Shown here: piece after piece, positions 63,718-64,000 of the stretch
Layout of the letters: every line of letters starts with the position of its first letter
Position numbering within the stretch: position 1 is the stretch's first letter
Source of the DNA: Tubulanus polymorphus
Lineage: Eukaryota > Animalia > Nemertea
Direction of reading: 5' to 3'
Assembly: GCF_964204645.1 (NCBI RefSeq)
Contig: NC_134032.1
Location: 11,768,275 to 11,832,274 of the forward strand
Length of the DNA: 64,000 nucleotides
Notes under the pieces: generated by a model
Told to the model about the DNA's origin: nothing
What the model saw: the letters and a program-made list of their open reading frames with translations, nothing else
Databases searched by the model: none
Position numbers and translations under genes: made by a program

Positions 63718-63842
63718 CTGATGATATGACGACCCCGAATGCTAAAGAAGGCCTGCAAGCAGCTGGCATCGACTCGACGCTTCCGAAAGAATACGGTGCC
63801 AAATTCTTTAATTTACCCATCGTCAAATACTGCGAAAAAGAT
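63718..63842 (+). CDS. KIF13: KIF13 exon (DDMTTPNAKEGLQAAGIDSTLPKEYGAKFFNLPIVKYCEKD)
   Basis: ctatag|, |gtaag. Confidence 0.92.
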
Positions 63843-64000
63843 GTAAGTCTTGTAACCCGATTTTCGGAAAATTATTTTCCCTATTCTGTTGTTGTCAAAG
63901 TTGAATCGATTGATGAAATGAACTAATTATGACTCAATCTGGGACTCGAGCCACATTTGCACTACATTTTTTGGGACATTTTAGATATAGTCTATTCCAT

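Larger units (their letters stand above)
2118..63842 (+). other. KIF13: Kinesin-3 KIF13A/B-like gene (partial; 23 coding exons in window, 5' and 3' ends outside)
   Basis: Spliced translation gives FAFDHCFWSM...[22 protein letters not shown] (P-loop)...[11 protein letters not shown] (switch I)...[10 protein letters not shown] (switch II)...[27 protein letters not shown]...[22 protein letters not shown]...[27 protein letters not shown]...LVNLNSDPSLNELLVYYLKDHTLVG (FHA)...HGDRIIWGNNHFFRINCP...TLQIPAANLSPNRKRG...DPFYESQENHNLIGVANVFL, which I recognise as KIF13-specific. All junctions are GT-AG with matching phases. Confidence 0.97.

Overview
Eukaryotic (metazoan, probably invertebrate; species cannot be determined from sequence alone) genomic DNA. 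The whole window lies inside a + strand kinesin-3 gene of the KIF13A/KIF13B (Khc-73) subfamily. I traced 23 GT-AG coding exons by hand (2118-63842, 3462 nt, 1154 codons, all phases compatible). They cover most of the motor domain, the neck/coiled coil, the FHA domain and the stalk; the start and end of the gene are outside the window. Two introns are very large (5186-20590, ~15.4 kb; 24392-55246, ~30.9 kb). The first contains an antisense nested gene with a single coding exon (10370-7569, 933 aa) for a type I membrane mucin/proteoglycan-like precursor. It has a signal peptide, furin-type sites, two internal peptide repeats, acidic Ser-Gly sites, an N-/O-glycosylated stalk, one TM helix and a C-terminal class I PDZ ligand (HTRL). 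The introns also hold palindromic insertions with hammerhead-ribozyme cores and target-site duplications (Penelope-like element remnants), a tRNA-derived SINE, piggyBac-, Tc1/mariner- and Harbinger-type MITEs (stacked and nested), many minisatellites, and clusters of CTCF-, RFX- and K50-homeodomain-like motifs. Most short ORFs in the track are non-coding artefacts.
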